Shown: positions 9,745-19,693 of the stretch, in pieces | Layout: each line of letters starts with the position of its first letter | How positions within the stretch are numbered: position 1 is the first letter of the stretch | Assembly: GCA_027053075.1 (NCBI GenBank) | Contig: JALUEE010000047.1 | Span: 11,155-75,154, forward strand | Length of the DNA stretch: 64,000 bases | DNA from: a candidate division WOR-3 bacterium | GTDB lineage: Bacteria > Hydrothermota > Hydrothermia > B15-G9 > WFZT01 | Direction of reading: 5' to 3' | Made by a program: the position numbers and the translations under genes | The notes under the pieces: model-generated | The model's database searches: none | The model's input: the letters and a program-made list of their open reading frames with translations, nothing else | What the model was told of the DNA's origin: nothing

Positions 9745-10182
9745 TTAAAAATCAGCGCCTACTTCGGAGACAAATTGTAGCCAGAAATTGCGGTATTCTT
9801 CTGGAATGGTAACTACACGATTGTCCCTATCTACTGAGACGTGAATGGATTTACCGCGTGATAGAAGCTTTCCGTCCGAGGCTATCAAAACTTCGTAGTA
9901 AAAGATCACCTTCCGGGTCTTCACTTCCACAAGTCTTGTTCTAACAATCACTTCCTCGTCATAAACAGCCGGATGTTTGTACTGTGCACGAACTTCAACA
10001 ACGCTGAAAAAGTAGCCACTCTCTTCAATCTTGCTGTAAGGCATGCCAATCTTTCTTAAAAATTCAGATCTCCCTTCCTCAAACCAGACAATGTAAGAGG
10101 AATGATGGACAATCCTCATGGCATCTGTTTCGGCATATCTCACCCTGAATTTTGCATCAACGTAAAAATCTTTCATGCCCAA
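9745..10182 (-). CDS. acyl-CoA thioesterase, 4HBT/YbgC-like hotdog fold
   Basis: The protein is 145 aa and its N-terminal region (FRVRYAETDAMRIVHHSSYIVWFEEGR) is typical of YbgC/FadM hotdog proteins. Confidence 0.55.
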   Translation of the reverse strand: MGMKDFYVDAKFRVRYAETDAMRIVHHSSYIVWFEEGRSEFLRKIGMPYSKIEESGYFFSVVEVRAQYKHPAVYDEEVIVRTRLVEVKTRKVIFYYEVLIASDGKLLSRGKSIHVSVDRDNRVVTIPEEYRNFWLQFVSEVGADF

Positions 10183-10350
10183 AGTTTAATTTTAACCCCA
10201 GGGACTTGCAAATGATGGGATTGGCCTGGTCGAGCATTGTATAAAGCGGAGGGGGGCCCGCGCACGAAGTGCGCGGGCCCCCCACACAAAAACACTTGTG
10301 TTAATAACCGGGGTCATGTATTATTCTCTAACTTATTCGGGAGTGAGCCA

Positions 10351-12585
10351 ATGGCAAAAAACGGAAAGAAAAAGCTTTTAATCGTTGAATCGCCCACAAA
10401 GGCAAAAACTTTAAGCAAATATCTTGGCAGAAATTTTTCAGTAATTGCATCCAAAGGGCATATTCGCGATCTGCCGCCTAACCGCTTTGGAGTAAAAATT
10501 GACGAGGAAGGGTTCAAGCCCTCATACGTCATAATGAAAGAAAAGCGGGACGTGGTCAAAGAAATCAAGGAAGCCGCGAAAAAAGCCTCTGAAATCTACA
10601 TTGGAAGTGACCCTGACCGCGAAGGGGAGGCCATCGCCTATCACATTTCCCACATTATAAAAAGAATAAAGAAGCCAGAGGAAATTAAACGGGTTTTATT
10701 TTTTGAGATTACAAAGGATGCCGTAAAGGACGCCATCAAGCGCCCCGGAACTATTGACCTCAACAAATTCAACGCGCAACAGGCACGAAGAATTCTCGAT
10801 AGAATTGTCGGCTACAAGGTAAGTCCATTGCTCTGGAAATCGGTCAAAAAGGGACTCTCCGCAGGCCGTGTCCAGACCGTTGCCCTTCGATTCATCGTTG
10901 AAAGAGAAAAAGAAATACGCAACTTCAAGCCTGAAATTTACTACGTCGTAAAGGCTGTTTTCGAAAAGGATGGTGTTCAATTTACCGGAACACTCATAAA
11001 AGGCCCGGATGGCAAAAGTCTTCAAAAAATTAAGGACAAGAATCAGGCTGAAGAAATTGTAAAAAAGCTCAAAGAAGGCCTCTTCACGGTAGCAGAATTC
11101 TCAAAACGCACACGCAAGCAGACACCACCCCCTCCCTACAAAACCTCCACACTACAGCAGGATGCATCTTCAAAACTTGGATACGCGCCCAGGCGGACCA
11201 TGAAAATAGCTCAGGAGCTCTATGAGGGGGTTGATCTTGGTGGTGAAAGACGGGGATTGATTACTTACATGCGTACCGACTCACTCCGGATGTCTGAAAA
11301 GGCAATCGAAAAGATCAGGGAAATCATCAAGGAAAACTTTGGTGAGGAATTTCTCTCATCAAAGCCCCGTCAGTTTAAGTCAAAGGGGAGCGCTGTGCAG
11401 GGAGCACACGAGGCAATAAGGCCCACGGGATTCGATTTTCCTGAAAGTATCAGGAGCTTCTTAACCCGCGAGCAGCATTCCCTCTACAGCCTAATCTGGA
11501 AAAGGGCTGTCGCTTCACAGGCAAAAGAAGCCCAATTTGAGGTCCGGAAAGCTATTTTAGAAAACTCTGGCTACAGGTTTAAAGCAGAGGGTGAAACCCT
11601 GAAATTTGAAGGGTTTTATAAGATCACAGGGGAAAAGCCGAGAGAGGTGGAAATACCGGTGATGAAGGTTGGAGAGCAGGTCAAACTTGTGGACCTCAAG
11701 ATGGAGAAAAAGCAGACCGAGCCACCGAAACGATATACAGAGGCAACGCTCATAAAAACTCTTGAGGCAAAGGAAATTGGAAGACCATCCACCTATGCGC
11801 CTACCATTTCAACACTGTTTGAGCGCGGATACATTGAAAAAGACGGTAAATTCCTCAAACCCACAGAGCTCGGGGAGCTTGTCAACGACATTCTCATCCC
11901 GAGGTTCAAGGAAATCTTTGATTACGGTTTCACTGCGAAAATGGAGGACGAGCTCGATAAGGTGGAGCTTGGAGAGCTCTCCTGGCAGGACCTTTTGCGA
12001 GAATTTTACGATCACTTTAAAAAAGAATTTGAAAAGGCACAGGAAGACATTCCTGCCATCAAAAAAGAAAATGTCGAAGTTCTCGACGAAAAATGCCCTC
12101 TATGTGGCAGACCACTTGTTATAAGATGGGGCCGGTACGGAAAATTCATCGCATGCTCAGGGTATCCTGAATGCAAATACACGAGGCCACTTGAACAGGA
12201 GATTGTAGAAGGTGAAAAATGTCCTGTATGTGGGAAGCCTATGGTTATCAGAAAAGGAAAGTATGGCAGATTCCTCGCATGTATTGATTACCCCAAATGC
12301 CCTGGTGTGAAGCCGCTTTCAACAGGTGTAAAATGCCCCGAATGCGGCGGCGATATTGTAGAAAGGGTGAACAAGCGCGGGAAGGTCTTCTACGCCTGTT
12401 CCAACTATCCCAAATGTAAATTCACTTTACCTTACAAACCTGTACCTGTGGAGTGTCCCAATTGTGGCTATCCACTTTTAATGGAGGTACATCGCGGTAA
12501 AAAATTCTACTACCAGTGCCCTAATTGTAAAAAAACCTTCTCACCGAAAGAGATTGGCCTGAAATTAGAAAAATCCAAGAAGTAA
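10351..12585 (+). CDS. topA: DNA topoisomerase I with four C-terminal zinc ribbons
   Basis: A TOPRIM N-terminus (LLIVESPTKAKT) and multiple CxxC...CxxC repeats at the C-terminus are present. The ORF track starts at 10237, but that extension contains a stable hairpin, so the ATG at 10351 is preferred. Confidence 0.85.
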   Translation: MAKNGKKKLLIVESPTKAKTLSKYLGRNFSVIASKGHIRDLPPNRFGVKIDEEGFKPSYVIMKEKRDVVKEIKEAAKKASEIYIGSDPDREGEAIAYHISHIIKRIKKPEEIKRVLFFEITKDAVKDAIKRPGTIDLNKFNAQQARRILDRIVGYKVSPLLWKSVKKGLSAGRVQTVALRFIVEREKEIRNFKPEIYYVVKAVFEKDGVQFTGTLIKGPDGKSLQKIKDKNQAEEIVKKLKEGLFTVAEFSKRTRKQTPPPPYKTSTLQQDASSKLGYAPRRTMKIAQELYEGVDLGGERRGLITYMRTDSLRMSEKAIEKIREIIKENFGEEFLSSKPRQFKSKGSAVQGAHEAIRPTGFDFPESIRSFLTREQHSLYSLIWKRAVASQAKEAQFEVRKAILENSGYRFKAEGETLKFEGFYKITGEKPREVEIPVMKVGEQVKLVDLKMEKKQTEPPKRYTEATLIKTLEAKEIGRPSTYAPTISTLFERGYIEKDGKFLKPTELGELVNDILIPRFKEIFDYGFTAKMEDELDKVELGELSWQDLLREFYDHFKKEFEKAQEDIPAIKKENVEVLDEKCPLCGRPLVIRWGRYGKFIACSGYPECKYTRPLEQEIVEGEKCPVCGKPMVIRKGKYGRFLACIDYPKCPGVKPLSTGVKCPECGGDIVERVNKRGKVFYACSNYPKCKFTLPYKPVPVECPNCGYPLLMEVHRGKKFYYQCPNCKKTFSPKEIGLKLEKSKK

Positions 12586-12880
12586 CCTGCAAATTTCAAG
12601 ACGAGGTGTATAAAAATCCCCCCATATTAAAATTGTTAGGGAGCAAGTTCATTCTGTATCTGAAAGAATTTAGGTTGTAGCTCAACTTTTATACCCGCAA
12701 AGCAAACGGCCTCTAAACAAAGAATTTTTAATCTTCAGTGAATCACAGGCTTCATCAGAAAGTCAAATACACCATCACAAGCGAAGCTTGTGGGGAAAAC
12801 TCCATCACCCCCCAGCACTCACCCGATTTTGCCTGACGTTTTTACGCTGTCGAGGGAATTTCACCAAGCACTTCCCTCCC

Positions 12881-12945
12881 CCACGCTCTGCGTGGGGGAG
12901 GGAATGAAAGGGAGGGGGCTTTCCGCTTGAAAACTGTAAAGATTC
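12881..12945. repeat. repeat family B element: hairpin CCCTCCCCCAC..GTGGGGGAGGG plus AAGGGAGGGGGC.TTCCGCTTGAAAA
   Basis: The same bipartite unit recurs at 23990-24075, next to the CRISPR leader, and at 29075-29140. Confidence 0.45.
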
Positions 12946-12998
12946 ATATCTAATCCATCAGGAAAAATTAAGAGATACCTAATTCTAAAAAACCCCCA

Positions 12999-14327
12999 CT
13001 ACCCCACTTTCCTCAACCTCGCTGCAAAGGAAAAATCGGAGTCGTGCAATGTTCCATCCACAAATAGGAATTTTCCCCTCGTAAATTCAGATGGGATAAA
13101 ATCCGCTGCACCCTCAAGCTCAAAATCAGGATGCTTGGCGAGAAACCACTCAATTATTCCCTCATTCTCCTCCTTCGTAATTGTACACGTTGAATAAACA
13201 ATTACTCCACCATCCTTAACAAGCGTTGCGGCATTTTCCATCAGTCTCTTCTGCAATTTCACAAGCTCATTTATCCTCTCCTGTGACATTCTCCACCTGA
13301 GCTCAGCATGTCTCCTCAGAGTTCCAAGACCGGAACACGGAGCATCAAGCAATATTTTGTCAAACTTTCTTTTAAAACCAATATAAGTGGAATCCCCGTT
13401 AACAACATAAATCTTTGTCCCCAGTCTACCAGAAAGCCTCTTAATCTCTTTAGCCCGCGAGAGATGAATCTCCACACTTACAGCGTTTATGGTAGGCTCA
13501 AGCTGATAGGCATAGGTAATTTTTCCACCTGGAGCCCCTGTCATGTCCAGAACCAAATCCCCCGGCTCAGGGGCAAGAAGATGGGGCACCGTCTGTGATG
13601 AGAGGTCCTGAACATAGTAGTATTCTTCAGGAATTCCAAGCAAGTGCGGGAGTTTATCCACACGATATGCAAACGGAGGAAATTCAAAGCGTTCAAATTC
13701 AGTGAGCATGCTTTCAAACTTCTCTCTTGAAGCACGCAGCGTGTTTACCCTCAGAAATGTTCGAGCTGGGAGGTTGTTATGCTCCATCACCTGGACTGCC
13801 TTATCGTCTCCAAAAATTTCCACCAATTTTTTATAAAGCCATTCCGGGTGGGAATATCTGATCCAGACCTCGTCGGGATAAATCCTCTCCCGTGCTACTC
13901 TTTTCAGCACTGCATTTACCAATCCTGCAGTTCCCCGATGGCCAAACCTTTTTGCAAGCTCAACACTCTCGTTGACCACCGCATATTCAGGCACATTCTC
14001 TAAAAAATAGAGTTGAAAAACTCCCATCCTGAGTATTGTCCTTATCCATGGGGTGAGTTTTGCAAACTTTTTCTTACCGAGGTATTTCTCAAGAACCCAA
14101 TCTGTGAAAAGCTTGTACTTCACCGTTCCATTGACAAGAGCCGAAAGAAGAGGGACGCTCTCGGGCTTGACTCTAAAAGAATAATAGACAAGGAGTTTAT
14201 TGGCCCATCGGCCCTCTTCGAGTACCTCTTTGAGAATCAGGACTGCATAGTATCTAACCCTGCTCTTCAATGTAAATTGCAGCCTCCAGGAGGTTTTTTG
14301 CCGTGAATTCAGCCTGCGTCTGGACAT
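12999..14327 (-). CDS. rsmB: 16S rRNA m5C967 methyltransferase RsmB/Sun (NusB-like plus MTase)
   Basis: The catalytic motif DAPCSGLGTLRRHAELRW is present. Confidence 0.8.
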   Translation of the reverse strand: MSRRRLNSRQKTSWRLQFTLKSRVRYYAVLILKEVLEEGRWANKLLVYYSFRVKPESVPLLSALVNGTVKYKLFTDWVLEKYLGKKKFAKLTPWIRTILRMGVFQLYFLENVPEYAVVNESVELAKRFGHRGTAGLVNAVLKRVARERIYPDEVWIRYSHPEWLYKKLVEIFGDDKAVQVMEHNNLPARTFLRVNTLRASREKFESMLTEFERFEFPPFAYRVDKLPHLLGIPEEYYYVQDLSSQTVPHLLAPEPGDLVLDMTGAPGGKITYAYQLEPTINAVSVEIHLSRAKEIKRLSGRLGTKIYVVNGDSTYIGFKRKFDKILLDAPCSGLGTLRRHAELRWRMSQERINELVKLQKRLMENAATLVKDGGVIVYSTCTITKEENEGIIEWFLAKHPDFELEGAADFIPSEFTRGKFLFVDGTLHDSDFSFAARLRKVG

Positions 14328-14769
14328 CTGTTGGGGAAATGCGTATTGCTCTCATTCCCGCGTTGAGCCCGGCAAGCACATCTGATTCCTTATCCCCTAT
14401 CATGAAAGACCTGCCAAGCTCAATTGTGGGATACTTATCCACTAATCTCCTGACCATCAGTGGATTGGGTTTTCGACATCCTGTCCTCTCTAAGGGATGA
14501 TCAGGGCAAAAGACCACATCCTTGATATAAATATGGTGGGATTCCAGCCTCAGAAGCAGTTCTTTTGTGATCTCACGATAACGCTCGAAGGATAGGTAAC
14601 CTCGTTTGATCCCCGATTGATTGGTGACAATGAAGAGTGAAAATCCCATATCCTGGAGCTTCTCTAAACCCTCAATGGCAAGGGGCAAAAATCTAATAAA
14701 TTCAGGGGAATTTATGTACCCCACATCCCGAATGATGGTTCCATCCCGATCAAGAAATGCCGCTCTCAT
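14254..14769 (-). CDS. gmhB: HAD-IIIA phosphatase, D,D-heptose 1,7-bisphosphate phosphatase-like
   Basis: The HAD motif FLDRDGTI is present, and the size (171 aa) fits. Confidence 0.65.
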   Translation of the reverse strand: MRAAFLDRDGTIIRDVGYINSPEFIRFLPLAIEGLEKLQDMGFSLFIVTNQSGIKRGYLSFERYREITKELLLRLESHHIYIKDVVFCPDHPLERTGCRKPNPLMVRRLVDKYPTIELGRSFMIGDKESDVLAGLNAGMRAIRISPTDVQTQAEFTAKNLLEAAIYIEEQG

Positions 14770-15349
14770 GAAGTTCTAAAAATCTCCCGAATTCCCGAAA
14801 TGCCCGCGCCCGATGGCTGATTTTGTTTTTAATCTCAATTGGTATTTCAGCAAACGTAAGACCAAGCTGCGGATACAGGAAAATCGAATCATAGCCAAAG
14901 CCTTGACTTCCCCTTTCCTCGGTTGTTATAAAGCCCTCCACCTCGCCTTCAAATGAATAAATTTCATCTTCGTTTTTAACAAAAGTGACCACAGTCACAA
15001 ATCTTGCACGTCTATCAGTCACACCTTCCATCAGTTTTAAAAGTTTTTCTCGATTATCCCGGTAAGTTGCATTCTCCCCTGCAAACCTTGCAGAAAAAAC
15101 TCCGGGCATCCCATGGAGGGCATCAACGACCAATCCAGTGTCATCGGCAACTGATGGAATTCCCGTTTTTTTAAAGGCATCAAGTGCCTTTTCCCGCGAA
15201 TTCTCTATAAGGGTCAATCCTTTTTCATCAGCACCGGGAATTTCTGGAAAATCGAGGAGGGATAAAAATTCTATACTATAGCCCTCAAGGAGTTCTGAGA
15301 TTTCCCTGAACTTATCCGGGTTTTTGGTGGCAATCAGGATTCTGGTCAA
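14750..15349 (-). CDS. rdgB: non-canonical purine NTP pyrophosphatase (Ham1/RdgB)
   Basis: The N-terminus ILIATKNPDKFREI is typical of this family of about 199 aa. Confidence 0.8.
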   Translation of the reverse strand: MTRILIATKNPDKFREISELLEGYSIEFLSLLDFPEIPGADEKGLTLIENSREKALDAFKKTGIPSVADDTGLVVDALHGMPGVFSARFAGENATYRDNREKLLKLMEGVTDRRARFVTVVTFVKNEDEIYSFEGEVEGFITTEERGSQGFGYDSIFLYPQLGLTFAEIPIEIKNKISHRARAFREFGRFLELHESGIS

Positions 15350-15945
15350 CTTCCCTTGATCTCAGTCTCCACTACGAAGGCATCTGGGTAGCCGTTGGCT
15401 CTGAGATATTCTTTGTATTCCTCTGCATCCTGTCTGTTCTTGAAATCCCCCACGCGGACCTTGTAGAAAGGTGGAATATACTCGATATAGACGGGCTTGG
15501 ATAGCACCTTACGAGCTTTTTTCGCAACTCTTTCAGCATTCTGCTTTTTCAATGTGGCAAAGATCTGTACTCTGTAGCCAATAATGGTCTGAACAGCCCC
15601 AGTCTGAGGCTTTTCCTTTGTAGGCGTGGCAGGAGCCGCATTTGTCTCTGGAGTTGTAGCCGATGCAACCTCTTCTGGTAAAACAACTTTCACAGTATCC
15701 TGCGTTTTCTTTGTGGTATCACCCTCAAAGACCACAATCGGGCCCTGAAATCCAGTGGTGTCCTTTTTCTCTTCATGCAGCACCCTGGTAGTTTCTACCT
15801 TTGCAGGTGCAGTCACAACCTTCGTCGTCTCCGGTGGTGGTACGGTTATCTTAGTCTCCTCTTTTACCTCTTTCCTCTTTGCACAGGATGTGAGGGCAAA
15901 GACCCCGGCGAATAGTATTATTAATACTCTTTTACTTGAGCCCAT
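15346..15945 (-). CDS. SPOR-domain lipoprotein
   Basis: A lipobox (LTSC) is present, and the C-terminal SPOR repeat reads [20 protein letters not shown]...VRVGDF. An internal start at MGSSKR was chosen to avoid overlapping rpmE. Confidence 0.55.
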   Translation of the reverse strand: MGSSKRVLIILFAGVFALTSCAKRKEVKEETKITVPPPETTKVVTAPAKVETTRVLHEEKKDTTGFQGPIVVFEGDTTKKTQDTVKVVLPEEVASATTPETNAAPATPTKEKPQTGAVQTIIGYRVQIFATLKKQNAERVAKKARKVLSKPVYIEYIPPFYKVRVGDFKNRQDAEEYKEYLRANGYPDAFVVETEIKGS

Positions 15946-16141
15946 ACTTTTTGCGGAATTTCTCGATTCTACCACCGGTGTCAACAAGTGTCCTCTTGTA
16001 TTCACCGGTGTAGAACGGATGGCATTTTGAGCAAACTTCAACCTTTATTTCTTTTTTGGTTGAGCCTGTAACCACCACATTCCCACATGCGCATTTTATA
16101 ACTGCATCTGGATAATATTTCGGATGAATTCCCTTTTTCAT
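15932..16141 (-). CDS. rpmE: 50S ribosomal protein L31
   Basis: [10 protein letters not shown]... with the CxxC...CxxH zinc ribbon. Confidence 0.85.
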   Translation of the reverse strand: MKKGIHPKYYPDAVIKCACGNVVVTGSTKKEIKVEVCSKCHPFYTGEYKRTLVDTGGRIEKFRKKYGLK

Positions 16142-16184
16142 TTCGATCTCTCTCCTTTCGGGGAAAATTTGGGATTATTATACT

Positions 16185-17171
16185 CTAATAGTGTTCAAGC
16201 TTCAACTCCCTGGACATAAGCCAATCAAGTGCTTCCATGGGAGTAAATTCGTCGTGAAGGATTTTGTAAACCGCCTCTGTGATCGGCATACTGACATTAT
16301 GAATTTTGGAAAGTTTATAAGCAGCCTCTGCTGTGTAAACTCCTTCTGCTACTTCTACCATCGAATCTAATATATCCTTGAGTCTCATTCCCATGCCCAA
16401 CTTTTCCCCAACATATCTGTTTCTTGAAAAACCCGAAAAACACGTGGTAATCAGGTCTCCGATACCGGAAAGACCCGCAAAAGTGCGATTGTCTGCGCCA
16501 AGGGCCATGCCAAGTCTCGTTATCTCTGCAATTCCTCTTGTTATCAAGGCCCCTTTGGCATTTGCACCGAGCTTGAGACTATCAACTGCACCAGCAGCAA
16601 TGGCAATCACGTTTTTAAGGGCACCACCGAGCTCAACTCCTTTAATATCAAACCACCTGTAGACCCTGAATCTGTTGGTACTGAAAAGACGCTGAATCTC
16701 CTCTGCAAATTCAATGTCTTCGGAGGCAACTACAACCGACGTGGGTAACTCTTTCAAAACCTCCCTCGCGATGGAGGGACCTGATAAAACACCGATTTTC
16801 ACATCCCCAAGCTCCTCAGCAATCACCTCAGACATTCTTTTGAGCGACGATATCTCAATCCCTTTAACAACACTTAAAATTTTCTTCGGATAGGCCAATC
16901 CCTCGATTTTTCTGGCCGTCTCTCTCACACTCTGCGATGGAACCGCGAAGACAAGCAGGTCAACATCCAGTACTTCCTCGACCCTGGAGGTGAAATCCAT
17001 TCCGTCGGGGAATACAAAATCACCAAACCTATCGGTATCCTTTCGCTCTCTTTTTAGCCTCTCACACCTCTCAGGCCTGTGCTCCCATAAAACGGTGTAG
17101 TTTCCCTTCTTCACAAGCAAATTGGCAAGCGTGATACCCCATGAACCAGCACCAAGGAATCCAATTTTCAT
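16185..17171 (-). CDS. gpsA: NAD(P)H-dependent glycerol-3-phosphate dehydrogenase
   Basis: A Rossmann motif (GAGSWG) is present, and the gene sits next to plsY in the usual pairing. Confidence 0.85.
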   Translation of the reverse strand: MKIGFLGAGSWGITLANLLVKKGNYTVLWEHRPERCERLKRERKDTDRFGDFVFPDGMDFTSRVEEVLDVDLLVFAVPSQSVRETARKIEGLAYPKKILSVVKGIEISSLKRMSEVIAEELGDVKIGVLSGPSIAREVLKELPTSVVVASEDIEFAEEIQRLFSTNRFRVYRWFDIKGVELGGALKNVIAIAAGAVDSLKLGANAKGALITRGIAEITRLGMALGADNRTFAGLSGIGDLITTCFSGFSRNRYVGEKLGMGMRLKDILDSMVEVAEGVYTAEAAYKLSKIHNVSMPITEAVYKILHDEFTPMEALDWLMSRELKLEHY

Positions 17172-17749
17172 TTTATTCTCGGTTCCTCCCCTCTGATGAG
17201 CCTTTTTATGTTGGACTTGTGCCTTAAGTAAATGATGAATACGGCAAGAACAATGATAACTCTGAGAACCACACTATCCGTCGAAAAAAATATGTAAATC
17301 CCTCCAACTGTCACCGCGATAAGAGATGAAAGTGAAACAATCTTAGTGGAGGCAAGAACAGCAAGCCAGGTAACTATTCCAATGAGCACCCCCAATGGAG
17401 AAAGCCCAAGAAATGCCCCCACCGTGGTTGCAACTCCTTTCCCCCCTTTAAACTTCATATAAATGGTGAAAGAATGCCCGAGAATGGCCACAACTGCAAC
17501 AATAGCCGCAAAATCCACTCCAAAAATTTTGAGGGCATAAAATGTGGGAAAGAATCCCTTTGAAACATCGAAAATTCCAGTTAGTAATGCAATCCATAGT
17601 CCCCCGGCCCTATAAACGTTAGTTGCCCCTATATTACCGCTCCCGACGGTGCGGACATCGATTCCTTTAAAGATTTTGACAAAGATGTACCCGAAGGGTA
17701 TCCCGGCCACAAGGTAGGTCATCACCAGATACAGGATTTTGAGGAGCAT
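17168..17749 (-). CDS. plsY: glycerol-3-phosphate acyltransferase PlsY
   Basis: A polytopic membrane protein with motifs SGNIGATN and GGKGVAT. Confidence 0.85.
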   Translation of the reverse strand: MLLKILYLVMTYLVAGIPFGYIFVKIFKGIDVRTVGSGNIGATNVYRAGGLWIALLTGIFDVSKGFFPTFYALKIFGVDFAAIVAVVAILGHSFTIYMKFKGGKGVATTVGAFLGLSPLGVLIGIVTWLAVLASTKIVSLSSLIAVTVGGIYIFFSTDSVVLRVIIVLAVFIIYLRHKSNIKRLIRGEEPRIK

Positions 17750-17805
17750 GGTTGAATTATATCATGCTTGATTTTACAAATCAAATTCACTAAATTAAGT
17801 GCCCG

Positions 17806-18651
17806 ATGGGATTATTGACACCAAGAGAAATATTAAAAAATGACCTCTTTTCAAAAGGCACTCACATCCTCGAAATTGGCTGTGGTAACGGAGAATTTCT
17901 TCTCCATCTGCATCAAGCGCGCCCCTATGCAATAATATGGGGTCTTGATATCTCAAATTTTGCTTTGAAAAAGGCGTTTTCGAGAACAAAAGATAGGGCT
18001 AACATTTTCCTTGTAAAGTCAGATGGCAAATGGTTTCTTCAATGGCTTGTGCCTCCTAAAACTTTAAAAGAGGTTTATCTCCTTTTCCCTGACCCATGGC
18101 CCGGTAATGAGAAGAAAAGGATGGTTAATCAAAATTTCATCAAACTCCTATCCGAAAGGCTCGAGATCGGAGGCAGGTTTACATTTGCCACTGACGTTAG
18201 AGATTACTATGAGAAAACCCGGGAACTTTTTGAGTCATCGGGCTTCTTCAGAATCACAGAAGGCATAGAATCATTTTATACAAAGTACGAAAGAAAGTGG
18301 AAATCTCTCAGGAGAGAAACATATTCCCTCACAGCAGAGCTTGTGAAAGCGCCCAAAAACATCGAAACTTTCGGAGTATTCCTTGAACATCCGGTGGAAG
18401 TTTCAATCTCCGTAGAAACTATAAAAAATCTTGCAGGACTTGAGCTCAGATGGGGTGATATTTTCTTCAAAATCATTGATGTTTACGAAAAAACCGGGCG
18501 TGAATTCCTATTTAAAACTGTTTTCAGATTCCGTGATATGGGGCAAAAACAGTTATTTATCTTGAAGGACGGAAAAATAGACCTGCTACCTGTTCAGCTT
18601 GAAATTTACCCTGAACCTCTTCTTGATGCAATTAAATTGGTCTTTACCTGA
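17806..18651 (+). CDS. trmB: tRNA (guanine-N7)-methyltransferase TrmB with ~60-aa C-terminal extension
   Basis: The SAM motif is ILEIGCGNGEFL, and the LFPDPWP motif is present. Confidence 0.7.
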   Translation: MGLLTPREILKNDLFSKGTHILEIGCGNGEFLLHLHQARPYAIIWGLDISNFALKKAFSRTKDRANIFLVKSDGKWFLQWLVPPKTLKEVYLLFPDPWPGNEKKRMVNQNFIKLLSERLEIGGRFTFATDVRDYYEKTRELFESSGFFRITEGIESFYTKYERKWKSLRRETYSLTAELVKAPKNIETFGVFLEHPVEVSISVETIKNLAGLELRWGDIFFKIIDVYEKTGREFLFKTVFRFRDMGQKQLFILKDGKIDLLPVQLEIYPEPLLDAIKLVFT

Positions 18652-18654
18652 ACC

Positions 18655-19059
18655 TCAGGGACGCTCAAATTCCCTGTCAATGTTGGCATTTATCTCTGTG
18701 AAGCGGAAGAGATGTGCAGAGATATAAGAATCCACCATGGAGAATCCCCAGACCCCGATATACCAGAAAACCGAGCTCATAAACGCCCTGAACTGGTTTT
18801 CGTACGTAATTTTATCAGTGTAAATACCAGTCGAAAGATACTGGTTTCTGTAATACTTGTACCAGTAAAAGTGATAACCAGCCTTCCCTAAAAAGAATGC
18901 CGCAATTGAGGAAATAACGAGGGCCTTCCTGCTATTACCGGTGTAGTATTCGCCGAGTCCAGGGAATGTGAGGGAGTAAAGGGCAGCCCTTGTTGGATCA
19001 GGATGTGATGACATCTTTATGGGGAACGATATGAGTGCAAGAATTAGAAGTGGAGTCAT
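18655..19059 (-). CDS. hypothetical membrane protein (DUF5683-like)
   Basis: It has two or three hydrophobic segments and a PGLGEYYTG motif. Confidence 0.4.
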   Translation of the reverse strand: MTPLLILALISFPIKMSSHPDPTRAALYSLTFPGLGEYYTGNSRKALVISSIAAFFLGKAGYHFYWYKYYRNQYLSTGIYTDKITYENQFRAFMSSVFWYIGVWGFSMVDSYISAHLFRFTEINANIDREFERP

Positions 19060-19068
19060 AAATTAAAG

Positions 19069-19145
19069 TGGCGCGCCCGGAGGGAGTCGAACCCCCAGCC
19101 TACGGATTCGTAGTCCGTCGCTCTATCCTGTTGAGCTACGGGCGC
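19069..19145 (-). tRNA. tRNA-Arg (anticodon ACG), CCA encoded
   Basis: The reverse complement is GCGCCCG-TA-GCTC...ACGGA-CTACGAA-TCCGT...GGGGG-TTCGACT-CCCTC-CGGGCGC-G-CCA. Confidence 0.8.
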
Positions 19146-19182
19146 ACCGAACGGTTTTGATATTAACATTTCCCCTTTTAAG

Positions 19183-19530
19183 TGTCAAGGACCCGGGAGG
19201 GTGTTCGAAAATATCACCCCGGTCTTCCATTATTCACGAAGTGCATGATGATGAAAAATATGTTATTCAATGATTCAGGTCTTTTCACCCTCCCTTATCT
19301 GGGGAAGGGAGGGCAGGGGTGGAATGGGGAAATTTTGGTCGGCAAGACTTTGGGTTCATTTATTCTTCCCATTCTCCCCTAACACCTCCTTCCAATTAAA
19401 GGAGGGGCAATTTGTTGACTGCGATTGTCACCGTGGTTACGAGGACCCCTTGGGAAAGGTAGCTCTAAAATTCAGGATTTTCGAACAGGCTCAGGACCCG
19501 GAAGGGTATTCGAAAATGTCACCCCTGTTT
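19183..19530. repeat. composite intergenic repeat element (family A), full copy flanked by ~30-bp direct repeats GACCCGG.AGGGT.TTCGAAAAT.TCACCCC
   Basis: Hairpin modules CCCTCCCTT..GGAAGGGAGGG and CCATTCTCCCCTAAC.CCTCCTTCC..GGAGG are shared with the copy near 47262-47390 and the partial copies at 44340-44412 and 44812-44870. Confidence 0.5.
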
Positions 19531-19650
19531 ATCCCTTTGTGCGACATGGCGGAAGTAAAAAAGATATCAAGAATTAAGTGATTCAGAATTTTCCAGGTTA
19601 GACACTAGTCCCTCTTTCCTTCATCTGGAAGGGGGAATTGAAAAATTTAA

Positions 19651-19679
19651 GGGGGGCGCGGACGAAGTCCGCGCCCCCC
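19651..19679 (-). terminator. intrinsic terminator hairpin (GGGGGGCGCGGA-CGAAG-TCCGCGCCCCCC) followed by a U-run on the minus strand
   Basis: It lies directly after the stop of the LVIVD-repeat gene, with a T-rich tract on the transcribed strand. Confidence 0.6.
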
Positions 19680-19693
19680 ATTCACATTCTTCC

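Noticed and set aside
10237-10350. N-terminal extension of topA in the ORF track (start at 10237)
   Set aside because: The extension would translate a perfect 14-bp GC hairpin with a CGAAG loop (10251-10283) and has no RBS. The ATG at 10351, with MAKNGKKKLLIVESPTKA, is the typical TopA start.
15946-16041. Longer start for the SPOR lipoprotein (ORF track 15346..16041)
   Set aside because: It would overlap the whole 5' half of rpmE in another frame. The internal MGSSKR start gives a proper lipoprotein signal instead.
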